Assembly (NCBI GenBank): GCA_008632985.1
Contig: QPGO01000139.1
Span: 62,001 to 126,000 of the forward strand
DNA: 64,000 bases
Origin: Psammoneis japonica
Taxonomy: Eukaryota
Reading direction: 5' to 3'
Numbering within the stretch: the first letter of the stretch is position 1; each line of letters begins with the position of its first letter. The position numbers and the translations under genes are program-made. Of this stretch, positions 1-12,468 are shown piece by piece. The notes below the pieces were generated by a model. The model was not told the DNA's origin. It worked only from the letters and a program-made list of their open reading frames with translations, and did no database searches.

Positions 1-123
1 GACTGCCGGACACGTTGCCGTTGATTTCCTACGTCACAGACCAAAATCTTGGACATCAACTCAAATGAACGAGAAAAGTAGGAGGCAACATCTCGCTCAT
101 TGTGGCCATCGACAACATCAACG

Positions 124-1795
124 ATGAAGGTTTTAAAGGTTGCTACGTTCCTTCTTATCCCAGCCGTGGGGTCGGCTTTCGCCCCCCCGATGCATGGTGT
201 ACAGGTATGTTGGATTGATGATATTGGCATCGGGTAATTTGGGATTGCGAGATTGATGCTGCACTCCGCATCATCTAGCCCTATTGAGAAAGCTCTTGAA
301 GTTTGAGGTTTCCTCTTGGAATGAATTGGAAAAGTTTGTTCTCCCCTTTCTTTTTTCCGTTTTCGTTGTCTCACATTGTGGTATCTGATACATTTATGTC
401 ATGTAATGCAACACGCAACCCAGAGACTATCTCCAAGTGCCAAATTGGTTTCTCCCACAAAAATGGTGTCTTCTCGGCCATCCCTTTCTTCGATGCAAAT
501 GTCATCTGCTGCGGTAAGTGAATATCGTGGGCCCACTGCCTATGTTTCTGAAGTGACTTTCATACACACAGTGTAGATCAAAACAGTGTACGAAAAGCCT
601 AATACGTGGTCGTCCCTCCTCCTTTACTACTTCAGGCCGACGGCGAAGAGAAGACCAGTCTTGGCTCCAAAATCTTCAAAGCATACACTAGGACTGCGAG
701 CATCGCCACAACTCTCTTTCCAATCTGGACCGTCCTTTTCACTGGAATTGCTCTTAAGAAACCAGACTCTTTTGCATGGTTCACCACCGAGTATTTCACG
801 GCAGGCCTCGCTGCTCTGATGCTTTCCATGGGTATTACCCTTACTCCAGCTGATTTTGCTAAGGTTGCCACTCGTCCAAATGCAGTCGTCATGCAGTTTG
901 CCCTGTGCTATGCCATGATGCCCTTGCTGGCTTTGGGGCTTGGTACTGCTTTTGGTTTGGACCCTGCTCTTCTTGCTGGGATGGTCCTCGTCGGAAGTAT
1001 CAACGGAGGGCAGGCTAGCAACTTGTGCACGTACATTGCCAAGGGAAATGTCGCTCTCTCTGTACTCATGACGACAGCTACCACCCTTGGTGCTATCTTC
1101 ATGACTCCGTTGCTATGCAAGGGTCTCCTCGGTGCCGTTGTTCCTGTTGATGCTGCAGGCATTGCCATTTCCACCGTTGAGGTTGTTCTTGCGCCAATTG
1201 CTATCGGTATGTTGACAAACAAGTTCTTCCCAAACTTTGTCAAGGCAATTCTTCCCTTTGCACCTGTTGTTGGTGTCGTCTCTACTTGCCTTCTTGTGGC
1301 AAGCGCAGTTGCCCAGGTTGCGGAACCCATTCTCAATGCCGGTATCTCTCTTCAGGTGTGTTGATGGATCTTTTCTTCTCTTTCGTCTTTCGGGCTTCTT
1401 CTCACAAAGGTGGATTTCGTTTCTTGTGTTTAAAGATTCCTGTCCTTTTGTTGCATCTTCTCGGTGGTTTCGTTGGATATCTCCTTCCCAAGTTGACTGG
1501 CTTTAGCGAGGTGTCTTCGCGTACCATGGCAATCGAAACTTCCATGAAATCTTCCGCCTTTGGATTTCTTTTGGCCAAGCTTCACTTTGGCGAATATGCC
1601 GCTCGTGTCCCTTCGGCTGTCAGTGTGGTTTGGATGGCTCTCACGGGCTCCATTTTAGCCGTAATCTGGAGATACATACCCGTCCCACAGAAGCCTTTCG
1701 ACCGTTCGCTCAAGGAGAAGTACCCTCCATTCAACGCTAAGAACGCATGGGGAAAGGTGCTGAAAGCGGTTGGGCTCAAGAAGAAGGATGATTGA
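124..1795 (+). CDS. Bile acid:sodium symporter (BASS) family transporter, plastid-targeted, 4 exons (about 124-204, 424-513, 636-1355, 1436-1795)
   Basis: Exon 1 MKVLKVATFLLIPAVGSAFAP is a signal peptide plus ASAFAP-type motif. GT-AG introns join the frames. SBF/BASS motifs MLSMGITLT, GGQASNLCTYIAKGNVALSVLMT and RTMAIETSMKSS are present. Confidence 0.9.
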
Positions 1796-2018
1796 ATTGC
1801 CATCGCACAGATTGGTGGCGCTACTCACGCGGGAATTTTGATGTAAACAAACAACACAGGTTTCTCTGTGTATTAATAACGCTAGTTGACCAAGAATCAT
1901 GTGATACGAACAAACGCTTTTTTTCTAGAAGAAGCAGTTGAGACCAAACATATGCGGTGAGACACAGAGTTTCATACCCCAGATAAAATCAGGGAAGTCG
2001 TCAAAGCCAAATGTACCG

Positions 2019-2874
2019 CTAGTTCTTCCGCTTGAGATATCGGGTGAACTCAGCGTAGGCCGAGTCTAAGTCATGGTAGAGCTGTCGCGCATCATTCTCT
2101 TCAATCTCATCCGCAGCACGCAACGCATTCAGTTTCTGAAGCCACTTTTGTACCTTTCTGTTGGGCTCGAAGTCATTTGGAGTTTCGGGAAGACGAGTCA
2201 GTGCATCCATTAAATCACTCAATAGCGGCTGGAGCTCATCCACGGCTCGCTGTTCGAGTTTAACAGCATCCATGGTTGTGATAAAATGCTGAACAGTCTC
2301 GGCTACAGTTACCGCCACGTGGTGACCATCAGTGTTTGAAGATTTGATTTGTTCGGGAATTCCCATTTTCAAGAGACGCTCCACAGCTCGAGGACAATCC
2401 ATTTGATACAACTCCATGAAGGTCCTGAAGAAAATCAGGCAGATCAGGTAAGAAACTATCGTTATGTACAATTGGAAAGCGGAGACGCCAGAACGGTCTC
2501 TGCTCAACAAGATTGGGGAAAACGGCTTAGACTTACTCTGTTGTCATGCTTTTTCCAAGGGCCGCCTTTTCTGCCAAACGAAATTGTGAAATCAGTTTGT
2601 TACATTCAGTCGTGTACTTGGAAAAGAGAAAGGTTGAAACAGCACCTTTTAGCAATTAAAAGTTCGGCGAGGAAATAACAGACGTTCAGTCGGCACTTAC
2701 TTCTTCTTGCGTAATGGCATCTCTTGCATAGGCGCGTTCCAAATGCTCAGTGGCAAGGATAATAGCATACAGATCAGCCATGTTGTCGTAATGCTCTCGC
2801 TCTTTCGAACCGTGATAAAGCTCGATTTCTTCTTCAGACCGAACAGGTTCTATGCCGCCACCCCAACCCGACAT
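2019..2874 (-). CDS. VPS28: ESCRT-I subunit VPS28, 3 exons (about 2874-2701, 2616-2537, 2424-2019)
   Basis: Motifs EREHYDNMADLYAIILATEHLERAY, YTTECNKLISQF, FMELYQMDCPRAVERL, VAETVQHFITTMDAVKL and RQLYHDLDSAY. GT-AG introns are visible. Confidence 0.93.
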
Positions 2875-3766
2875 TTTTCCTTCTGCTTCAAGATAAATCA
2901 CAGATAGACTAACAGCTGTATTTGGGATCTTTCGACTTTTGTCGGGGTTCCGTAATCAATCTCTAGAGACAAAACAGACCTGTTCTCTACTGTATGTTGT
3001 GTTGTTCAAGGGATATAATACCATACACTCAATTCAAGTCGTGTTGTGTTCGTTGCCTGTTGCCTGTACTGGGGGGCGTCTTTGGAAGTGAGATCGACGA
3101 AGGCGGTCTGATCGCCAGTGCGTTCGGGGGTTTTCCCAGTACAATTTGTACGCACAAAAAAACACGTAGGATCTGTCCAGCGATCCCAAATACCCCAATC
3201 GCACTGATTGACAGACTGTTTTAGTACAAATTCTACGTAACTTTCTTCGACAGTCTCACTTCCGAAGACGTCCCCCAGTACTGTGCAGTGAAGTTTTGAG
3301 TTTGGGCGGTCTTGTCTTTCTTGGCTGCTTGTCTGTGTGTCTGGTTCTTCCGAGAATACCAGTAAGGTTACCTTGTGATCATTTCGAATGAAATAGCCTC
3401 TCTAGCTAGAGTAGCTCTCATGGAAACCCTCTCCTTCCTCCTTTTTCTTCCAAACACCCAAAAGAGCAGCCGGTCTAAAAGTCATAAGTACTTCTATGAA
3501 ACTCTCTGCCGAAATCCCCATTGTCCATTGTCCTGCTTGACTTTGGATTGTGTACTGTTTGCACACGTACCTACATGACTGTCATCAGTCCGAAAGGGTC
3601 TACTCTAGTGGGCCTAGTAGCTAGAATTTTCGCTTACAGGGAGAAGACTTACGGTAGTATTCCGATGTTTATAAGAAAGCTTCACCATTAAGACACAAAA
3701 TCTGGTTTTGTTCTATAGCTTTACAGGTAGCGTATATCGCCACACATGCCCATTTCTCGTCGCTTG

Positions 3767-4411
3767 CTACCGAAGTCGAACGTCAATTATTGGACCACCG
3801 GAGAAATCTCGAGGATTTGGAACGTACTTCTGCATGGTAACATCTCGATAGCTAGGGTCATACTCTTCTTCTTGAACATCTTTGCTGCCTCCAACCCCCT
3901 GTTTGCCGTCCACAATCGCTTCTGCCAAGGCTTTCACAAACTCTGATTTTTCGAAAAAGGACTTTGTCGAAACACCGTATTTTTTAAGCTCCGTTTTGAG
4001 TTCACTCACTTTCATCTTTTTAGCTTTATCCATTTCTTCCTTGATTCGGTCTTCTCTTGATTTTGAAGCGCCACCGCTGGAAGTGGAAGACTTTTGTTGG
4101 GACGACTTCGTTTTTGCCTTTGGGGTTTTCCCCTCGCTCCGTGCCTTTTTCAATGCATCCGCAAACTCCGATTTTTCAAAAAAGCTCTTTGTAGAAATAC
4201 CATAGCTCTCAAGCTCCTTTTTCATCTCTCCCGCCTTCATAGAATCGACACTCGGCAAAGCGAAAAGTCGAGCGCCTGTCACTTTTTTATGGCTGTTGAA
4301 CACGGGGGCGAATGCCGCAGTTACGCCTAAGCATGCTACAAGCACCGATATCACCAACGATCGTGGAGAGGAAACAAGGGGTCGAGGGCGTTTTTGCCTC
4401 ATTGCAAGCAT
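3767..4411 (-). CDS. Plastid-targeted hypothetical protein with two SAP/LEM-like helical repeats
   Basis: 214-aa ORF with a hydrophobic signal followed by AAFAP. The repeat (M)KxxExKxELxxYGxSTKSFFEKSEF occurs twice. Confidence 0.8.
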   Translation of the reverse strand: MLAMRQKRPRPLVSSPRSLVISVLVACLGVTAAFAPVFNSHKKVTGARLFALPSVDSMKAGEMKKELESYGISTKSFFEKSEFADALKKARSEGKTPKAKTKSSQQKSSTSSGGASKSREDRIKEEMDKAKKMKVSELKTELKKYGVSTKSFFEKSEFVKALAEAIVDGKQGVGGSKDVQEEEYDPSYRDVTMQKYVPNPRDFSGGPIIDVRLR

Positions 4412-5651
4412 AGTGTTCTTCTGCTATCTTCACCCTTCACGCAACGTAAATGGGTTGACGATGAGAACAGTGATTGCTCATCGCTCATCGATAGGGCCTA
4501 GATCACGAACACGTCAGTCGTGAATCATTTTCGAAATTCCTTTTGTTAGTAACCTTCTACCATCTTTTTGTTATCATGGAACAAAAGGTGGAATTTCACA
4601 AAGTTGACCGTTGCGCCACCTTTCTCCCTCCAACATTTCGCGCATGAAGATAGAAGCACGCGAAACCCAAAACGTTCCCTCCAAGGGTTAGCTTGTGGAC
4701 CTCTTGTATTGTACTAGATATGAAAATTTAGCTAGTAGACTTTTTGTTTGGATGTTGCACGTGAGCAAACTCAAAAGAGTGAGGTCGGCCACTGCTGCGC
4801 GTAATCCTGTTCCGCATGTTTTGGCGGGAGGCGCATTTATGCGAGAAAGAAACCAACAAGCTACTCCCAACCCAAAGACAATCACCTACTAGGTTTCAGC
4901 TCCAACGTGGTTGCGGCAACTCTGCGAAGAAAGATTGTCGCAAGGCGGGTAGGACTATCACGGTTGTACTTTGGCGCAACTGCTAACTCGACTATGGTTG
5001 AAATTTGAAACAATGCTACCATTCAAACGAGAAAGAGCTCTAGCATTTCTAGAGAGTTGACAGGAGAGCATTTAACCCTGCGAATGACCAAGCAAGCTGG
5101 GCAAGGATTTAGAGTCGTCTTTAATTTGAAGGCCGCCTTGTCAGAGTAGGTCGTTCAAGATGAAAAAGGGATTGATCCAGACATTAAAAAACCAAGACAT
5201 CGCAGTCTTTGCTCTTTATTGCCACACAAACCAAACACCATGGGCGACAGGGTGGAAGAAATTCTTTGCTGATCCCGATAGAGAAGTTCTCGACGAACGA
5301 CAAGAACTGCCTTGACTGTAAAAGCTATCCGCCGATCTCACGTATCCGCCAACGTTGTCGCTCGACGTGGGTATGGATCACCACTTATGAAAAGAATCTG
5401 TTTAAACAAGCTTTCATTTGTTTCCTTCTCACCCGCGCTTCTTCACAGGAGATGCTACATCCTAAAAAATGCCCCGGTGACCACGTCGTCGAGGAATGGA
5501 CCAGATTTCAGGCACACAAAGCCTCTGCAACGCAGTCCTATTGTTTTCCTTCCTGGTATCTCAGGCATCGGCACAAGATGAAGGCCGTGTTGGCACCTTT
5601 CAAGCGACAGGAGCGCAGCCCTAGTCCGACAGTCTTCGGATTGTTCGCCTT

Positions 5652-7537
5652 TCAGTCATTTCGAAAACCAAGTAACCTCTTGGCCGTTTCTTTATGCTTG
5701 ATAAACTTGTTGATAGTTGCTTGACGCCTATGTTCTTCCAATCTGTTCCAAAATACAATGAGATTCATCCAACCGGATAAAACGACTGCAATTAACTGTG
5801 GTATGAGCAATGGTGCCGAATAGCCATTTACAGCATAGGCAAGTATCACCAAATGTAGTGTCGCTGTGGCAGAAAACAGAAAGTTGAGAATCAGCGATTA
5901 CAACAGAAAGCATTTGGTGTGTTTCATATCATAAGAAACTCACCAATAATATTACCGAGCGACACCACGCATCCGAGAACGGGACGTTTCTCGCCAAGAA
6001 AGACGCGATACCACTCATCATTCATCGTCACGGAAATTAGAAACTGAAGATTCCAATAGTGTGAGAGATGTGAATTGTTCACACGCACAACGTTGAAGAG
6101 CGAATATGTGACGAGGATCTTGCGAGGATTTTCGGTTTTGTCTCACCTGCTTCATGATGACCCCGGCGGGATCGCCTCTTGAGAACTCTCGGCTCGGACA
6201 CTTGCGAATGGCGGATGCCACGACTATCATTTCAAATATTCGCAAAGGCGCCCACGTGGCAGGAAACAAAATCGGATTCGGATCGAACCTCGGGCTGGTG
6301 GGCGCTGGCTTGGCCATGAGGCTGATCCATTCCTCAAACTCTTTCAGCCAATGAAATATATGCGACGGTCGAGTAAACACGTTAGTGGCGGCATTGAGAT
6401 TTCGTGGAGAGTATCCAGCATCCACTTGAACTCGCAATGGACCACCCCACACGGCAACCTGATGATCCGTTGATACCAACAACAGAAGTTCACAGTTGAG
6501 TTACAACTGCAGCACACGTTGAGACGTTCCACATCCTAACTTTATCTGACTTTGAACGTACCGCTGCGACACATGCATAGCCAGCCCCAACGACTGAAAA
6601 TATCCACAGCAGTACACACCATATCGAGAGTCCACCTTCACCCGAACGGCATCGAGTGTTGTTGATCCCGATCGCCCACTCAAATATTCTTGATAGAGTA
6701 AAGAGAATAACGAGCTGGGAGACAATGCGACAAGACGCCCGAAACGAAGCAGGAAGATCGTAATAGCGAATGTAAAGTTTTTCAAGTCTTGTGTAAGCAA
6801 TGCGAATGTAGCGTCCGCGCAAGTAATTTGTGCCATGTTTCCCTAGCAACTTCATCGATCTTTGTGCGACGATTCTGTTCACAAGGGCAGCAAAACGGAG
6901 ATGAAAAGTGAACAAAGAAAAAACACAGCAATGATAACGAGCTTCACATACATTGGTCCCAACAGACGAAGAGTCCCCACAATCGCCGCGCCAGCGGAAG
7001 AAGCAACATTCCAAGACAACCCGCTCAATCGAATGACGGAGGCAGGATCTGCTGATACTGCAATATGCGACTGAACGTCAGTCACTGTTGTACCAGCTTG
7101 AGCATATTCCTTTGTATCAAGAGTTGTCAGCTCAATTCCTGGAGAAGAGGCGAACGGTTCCTCTCGAAAGTCGACCTTCAAACCTCCTCGTTTTCTTCTC
7201 CTCTTGTTACGAAAATTGCGTCTCTTTTTGTTGAGCAAAAACCGAGTTGGTACAAAGGAAGAAACCAAAGATCTTCTTGGCTTTCGTAGACGGCTTGAAT
7301 TTTTCCTTTGCTGTCCGGTAAGGTATCGATTGCCCACTCCTGCTCCAGGTTTGGTCTGTTGGATTCAGCATTGGCTGAAAGATCGATTCTTCTCCACTCT
7401 TCGTTCCTTCCTGGTAAGTTAACTGATTGAAATTCAGAAGGAGTCGGCTGTGCGTTCCCTTCCTCTATAGTCAACAGGACAATAGATGTTCTCATTAACG
7501 ACGGCTTAACCCATTGTCTTCGACGCCGCTTGCCCAT
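5652..7537 (-). CDS. Multi-exon hypothetical membrane protein (exon structure uncertain)
   Basis: Chain of minus-strand ORFs (7178-7561, 6490-7014, 6018-6482, 5652-5852) with normal host composition and several hydrophobic segments. No family recognised. Confidence 0.45.
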
Positions 7538-7639
7538 GGTGAGTGGTGACAGAAAATGCATGTCGGCCGAATCCGTCGGGCGGCGCGCGCGAGCGCATTC
7601 TCCATCGTGAGTCTATGCGTCGACCGTCGCCGCAGGCAG

Positions 7640-8900
7640 CACACACAGTGATGATGCCCTGTGTCTGAGGCTGTAGATGATGAGCAATGGAAGGAGGCCT
7701 TGGGGGAGGTTGTCCAGTTGAGAAGGCACCGTCAATGTGGTGTGGGTGGATGTTGGGAGGAGAGGGAGCACCAGAGAAGTCGAGGACAGACTCCAAAGCA
7801 AAGCAACCAACCAAGCCCCCAAACGCAGAAAAAAATCTGAGGCATGGGTTGAGGTGGCAGAAGAAGGAGGCACAGCACAAAAGCTCATGCACAGTGCATG
7901 TGTAGATGCATGGCAGCTCTCACACTCATGAGGCAGGGTGTGGCAAGTGACATGGCTGCAAAGATCAAAAACACCTCATTCTGCAGAGAGCAAGATGGGC
8001 GGAGAGCCCTCTTTGTGATTCTGCCATCTGACAATGTGGCCAGCAGCATCACAGCAGAGCCTCTCTCAGCGCTTGCAGATGAGGCAAGCAAGCAGAAGCT
8101 GGGAGGAGGTGCCATGCCAGCCAATGATGCCATGCACCGTGCAGCACACTTGGCTGTTTTGTGGAAAAAGAAGGAGAATGTGTGCAGCAGCATGCACACA
8201 CGACAGATCTGAGGAGAAAGCTCCAAGTCAAGCTGTTTGATGTTGTCAGCTGGGGTGAAAGTGCAGTTGAAGGCAGAGCAGCATGCTGGTCCTTTGCCAT
8301 TCTGTGTGTGCTTTTTTTGCATCTTGTTGCTGGTTGTCACAAGTGCACAGCGACATTGCTGGCTTGGACAAGAAGGAGTTTGCGCATTTGGTGTTGTGGT
8401 CAAGCATGAAACCCAGGATGTTGTTGATGGCCACAGACAAGTTTGCCTCGGATCATTTGGGAGACATGATTGACTTTTGTGTGTGCTGGAGTTGTCAGGT
8501 GGGGGCGACGGTCAAGTGGGCATTGTCATCAGCACACCTGCTCATGTGGAGCAGGAGCAGGAAAAAGTGCCTCAAGAAAAAGGCCAGGGCTCCAGTGGCA
8601 GTGACGCCAATGATGGAGCTGCTGCAGCATTTGCAAACACTGCAGCAATGGACAAAGGCATGTGCCATGTCTTGATTCACAGGTGGGGCAACCAATTGAA
8701 GAACCAGTTGGTTGTGTGACCAACTGTCCAAGCAAGTCATGGGGTTCAGCACAATTTAGCAATGGGGAGAACTCCACTGTCTGACCCCAGATGCATGTGC
8801 TATCTTGATGATTCACTGGGGCAGGGCAACCAACTGAAGAGCCAGTGGGACAACTCATTATAAAAAAAAAAACCAAATGGAAGCAGCTTATTCATGTGTG
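7640..8900. mobile_element. Decayed repeat block (TG/CA-rich, CpG- and TpA-depleted), family not assigned
   Basis: Abrupt composition switch. Internal imperfect repeat gggcaaccaaYtgaagaRccagtKgg at about 8686 and 8824. Confidence 0.6.
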
Positions 8901-9193
8901 GGACACTCATTTAATCATGGAACTCAGAAGGCCATCCAGTAATTAAGAAAAAGAAGCTAAAAACTGCAGCAATCATTTTTGTCATGAAACGCACCATCCT
9001 TTTCTTTTCAGACTGGAAGTGAATTTGTATTTGTCGGAGATTCGTGTGTTTTGCATTCTCGTCGTTGTTTGACAAACCGACTTTAGATATTCACTCTCTA
9101 GTTCTCTGCTACTCTATTCAAAACCAAAATTACTCTAATCCTTACCGGAATGTCTCATGAAATTGCACATGCTAATGACTTATTTTAGCTATC

Positions 9194-10414
9194 TTAAGTC
9201 ATGCCTGTGGCTGCGATTCCACAAAAGCGCTTGACGACGTCGTAAATCAGTAGCTGGGTCGTCACAATGATGCCAACGTGAAGGAGTCGAGCCTTCATGC
9301 CTATAAAAAGTCCCTTCACTCCATCTGAACTTTTCCATATTTCTTTCAAGAAAGATCTTGTTGGTCTATCTCCTTCGTGCGCATTCACCAGGCTCAATAA
9401 CACATCGCCTGGTTGACTGCTAATAGTCGACAAGACACTCGCCAACATGGCCGCAACCAACGGAACCGCCACCTTAACGTGTGATCCAATAACATATCCA
9501 CTGTTTTTCAGGATTGAATAAAAGCCTTTGGTCATGATATCAAACGAAACATTCTTTGTGACCGTGTAAGGCACTTGCTTGCATAGCATCGGTGGCAATC
9601 CCTTCCACAGTCCCCTGACTCCTTCGATCCGCAACATTTTGAAGCCTCCTTGGATCCACCCATTGGGAGCAAAGTCCGGTTCTGCCACGAGCCGAATTCG
9701 TAGTGCCTCCATGGGGCACAACATGAGCGAGGCGGCGACACCGGATGCAGCGCCACATAAGAGCAGCCCAAGCAGCTGAGAGTTGAACGCTGCAACTCTG
9801 GTGGTAGATGAAACGTACTCCAGCAATTTACGCACGGTAGGCTTTAGTACCTCGTAAATACCAAATTTTACAGCGCCTTCCATTAGGTAACCAAACGTTG
9901 TTGGGCCAAGGCCAGCAAGCAGAGTTCTTGCACCTTCTTCCTTGACAATGTGCATGGTCGCTTCAGGTGTTGTCATGTGTGCCATGTGAGGCTCAACTTG
10001 CATACGAGTCTTTACTACATCAATGGGGGTGGTAATACTGTGCGATGTTGCAGCGCATATGCCCCCAGCTAGATAATATCGCCAGGCACCTGGGCCAGAA
10101 ATATGGAGCAGCGCCGCAATCGCCAGAACCATGGTGCTGGTGGTCGCCAACATGACCACTTGATCCGTTTTGGTCATCTGAAACGGGTGTTGACCAGGAG
10201 TTTGAGCCATTGGACTCTCATTGAGTATCCATTTTGACTCATCTGTTCTCGTTGGGTGATGGATTAACCGTGTTTCAGATGAACGAGCATAAAAATTGGT
10301 TGGCTTGGTCGGAGACAATCGAGCAGATCGATGAATGGCATTCGTGGAGAAAGCGAATACGCAGCAAATATTGGTCAAAGCGAACACTAGAAGAGCAAGA
10401 CTTGTCCCAGTCAT
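9194..10414 (-). CDS. Mitochondrial carrier family protein, phosphate carrier (PiC/MIR1-like), with an N-terminal signal peptide and AF motif
   Basis: Px[D/E]xx[K/R] signatures TPIDVVKTRMQ, CPMEALRIRL and SQPGDVLLS. PiC-like GYLMEGAVKFGIYE and KQVPYT. N-terminus reads MTGTSLALLVFALTNICCVFAF. Confidence 0.88.
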   Translation of the reverse strand: MTGTSLALLVFALTNICCVFAFSTNAIHRSARLSPTKPTNFYARSSETRLIHHPTRTDESKWILNESPMAQTPGQHPFQMTKTDQVVMLATTSTMVLAIAALLHISGPGAWRYYLAGGICAATSHSITTPIDVVKTRMQVEPHMAHMTTPEATMHIVKEEGARTLLAGLGPTTFGYLMEGAVKFGIYEVLKPTVRKLLEYVSSTTRVAAFNSQLLGLLLCGAASGVAASLMLCPMEALRIRLVAEPDFAPNGWIQGGFKMLRIEGVRGLWKGLPPMLCKQVPYTVTKNVSFDIMTKGFYSILKNSGYVIGSHVKVAVPLVAAMLASVLSTISSQPGDVLLSLVNAHEGDRPTRSFLKEIWKSSDGVKGLFIGMKARLLHVGIIVTTQLLIYDVVKRFCGIAATGMT

Positions 10415-10721
10415 GGTGTATTTCTCTTCTGAAGTTAAAAAGGCGTCAGCATCCTCTTCATGTCTCGTCGGTGTGACATCTCGGAATGTGCGTGTGTTCC
10501 ATGATGCTGATGGCTGATGTGTGTATCCAGCATGCGATGATTGATGATGTTGGAGGGAGTTCGCAAATCTTCTTCCGGGTTTCTCAGGTATCGCGTGCGG
10601 TTGTGACGTGGCTTTTCTGTCCGTATGTACGGATCGGATTCGGGCAGAGGGAACAAGAACAATGGCGAATGGGCCGATCTGTAGCGCCTTTGTTGTTGTC
10701 TACTCTCTTTGGTTTTGAAGG

Positions 10722-11375
10722 ATGGAGCTTATTGTTCTAGTTCTGACACTCATGTACTTTGTTGTTGGCCGGTCGTCAGGGCTTGTTCTTCCTCGCTACA
10801 CGAGCTGTCTACGAAAAGCATCGCACTCCACTTTGACCACATCGGCAGCAGTGTCTGGAGACGAGGATAATCTGCCGCAAAAATCACAAGAGACGGATCC
10901 AAAAACTCACACAATTCATTGGACAACCCCAAATAAAAATGATGTATCGTTTGAAGCTTTCGACGGCGAGACCCTTCGAACCGCAGCCTTGCGCCGAAAA
11001 CTTGTTTCTCCACACAATGGCCGCGCACGCCTCATCAATTGTCGCGGTCTTGGAACTTGTGGCACGTGTGCAGTCGAAATTGAACCGCAGTCATTGGTCG
11101 AGCCTAGCGAACGAAATCAGATTGAACGAGCTCGACTGAATTTTCCTCCTCACGGCTCGAACGATCAGTCGCCGAATCTGAGACTGGCCTGCCAGGTTCA
11201 AGTACGTGGTGACATTACTGTTACAAAGCGAACTGGGTTTTGGGGGCAGTACGAGGAATTGGCAAATCCAAGCGACGCAACAACATATTTTGGGGATTTC
11301 GAGTTTGTGCTAGATCGAAAATCACCCGCAGTTTCGACGATAGAACTAGACGAGGACAAGCAGTCGGGGGTTTAA
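10722..11375 (+). CDS. 2Fe-2S ferredoxin-like protein with signal peptide
   Basis: GETLRTA, NCRGLGTCGTCAV and LRLACQVQVRGDITV cluster-binding motifs. Confidence 0.88.
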   Translation: MELIVLVLTLMYFVVGRSSGLVLPRYTSCLRKASHSTLTTSAAVSGDEDNLPQKSQETDPKTHTIHWTTPNKNDVSFEAFDGETLRTAALRRKLVSPHNGRARLINCRGLGTCGTCAVEIEPQSLVEPSERNQIERARLNFPPHGSNDQSPNLRLACQVQVRGDITVTKRTGFWGQYEELANPSDATTYFGDFEFVLDRKSPAVSTIELDEDKQSGV

Positions 11376-11517
11376 GGTTTTTCATCAGCGCTTCTCTCTT
11401 CCTCTCCAAAGTGCATTCGAGTGATGGTTGGTGTGCGGAACATTTCCAGCTTCTACTTGCGTCGTTAAACAGGCCGAAACACATTGCTTGTCTTATTCTC
11501 GATGGTACGATGATGAA

Positions 11518-12468
11518 TTACTCGTTCGAGTCCGACGCAGCTGACGATCCCGTGTCCTCAGCGGATGGCGCGTCCTTTGTAGCCGGTTTGTCAAGAGTGG
11601 GAACGCCCACGTCGGAAATACCAAACATGATTACAGTTCCGCTGTCCGCTACAGTTGCGATACGAAGAGGAATCCCGTCGCAAGCTGCAGTCATTGCAAA
11701 AATCTCTGTCATGGTTGGCGAGGGCAGACTGTAATGTGCAATGGCTACGCAGAAATCGGGTGGACCAGGATTTGTCTTTCGAAATGCAGAGTTCGGTTGA
11801 TAGACGTGAAACGCAATCATATCAGTGTTGTCGCTCTTGCATATTCTGGGCGGCGGGGCGTTTCGAGCATCATCGCGCAGCTCTCGTCGGAGATTGCGAA
11901 GAGTAGCTGTATTCTTCCGTTTCTTCCATGTTTGGGAATTGTCATCACCAGTGGCTGTACCAATAGGTGTAGATGATGAACTTTTATCATAGAAATCCGC
12001 AACTTTTCTCACTAATTCAAGTCGTTGAGGAGTATGCCGCAGAACGATAAAGGTTTGAGACCTCAAGTGTGCATATGCCAAGTAGATTGGAAGAGGCACA
12101 TCCAGTTCCGGTAACAGCTTGTACAAATTAATTGATTCCATTTTTTGGTCCTTGTCATTGTGCACATCAAGAAGTCCCCTTTCGTGAAGAAAGAGCGCCT
12201 CCTCGATGAAGAGATACTGCGACGATGAGACTGACCCGTCCTCGTCTTGTGAAGCTCGGGCATCTGTCTTTTCCACGTGGCCGTCAAAACTTTGCTGCGC
12301 ATCGACATCATCGTTTGACGTTGACAATTTTGATTTCAAAAGATCTTCCTCCTCTTTTGTCATTGATACGCCAAATCCGCCAGAAGCAAAGGTTTTGCCC
12401 TTGCAATGCACCACACGAAACAGTTTCAATTGTGTCTCGAGCACGCAAATCGGAATCCCTCCCGGCAT
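11518..12468 (-). CDS. TSEN54: tRNA-splicing endonuclease subunit Sen54-like
   Basis: YLFIEEALFLHERGLL, YLAYAHLRSQTFIV and FHVYQPNSAFRKTNPGPPDF match the Sen54 pattern. Start codon uncertain. Confidence 0.75.
   Translation of the reverse strand: MPGGIPICVLETQLKLFRVVHCKGKTFASGGFGVSMTKEEEDLLKSKLSTSNDDVDAQQSFDGHVEKTDARASQDEDGSVSSSQYLFIEEALFLHERGLLDVHNDKDQKMESINLYKLLPELDVPLPIYLAYAHLRSQTFIVLRHTPQRLELVRKVADFYDKSSSSTPIGTATGDDNSQTWKKRKNTATLRNLRRELRDDARNAPPPRICKSDNTDMIAFHVYQPNSAFRKTNPGPPDFCVAIAHYSLPSPTMTEIFAMTAACDGIPLRIATVADSGTVIMFGISDVGVPTLDKPATKDAPSAEDTGSSAASDSNE

Noticed and set aside
4640..5724. ORF 5209-5724 (+) and neighbours
   Set aside because: Non-ATG start and no recognisable domain.
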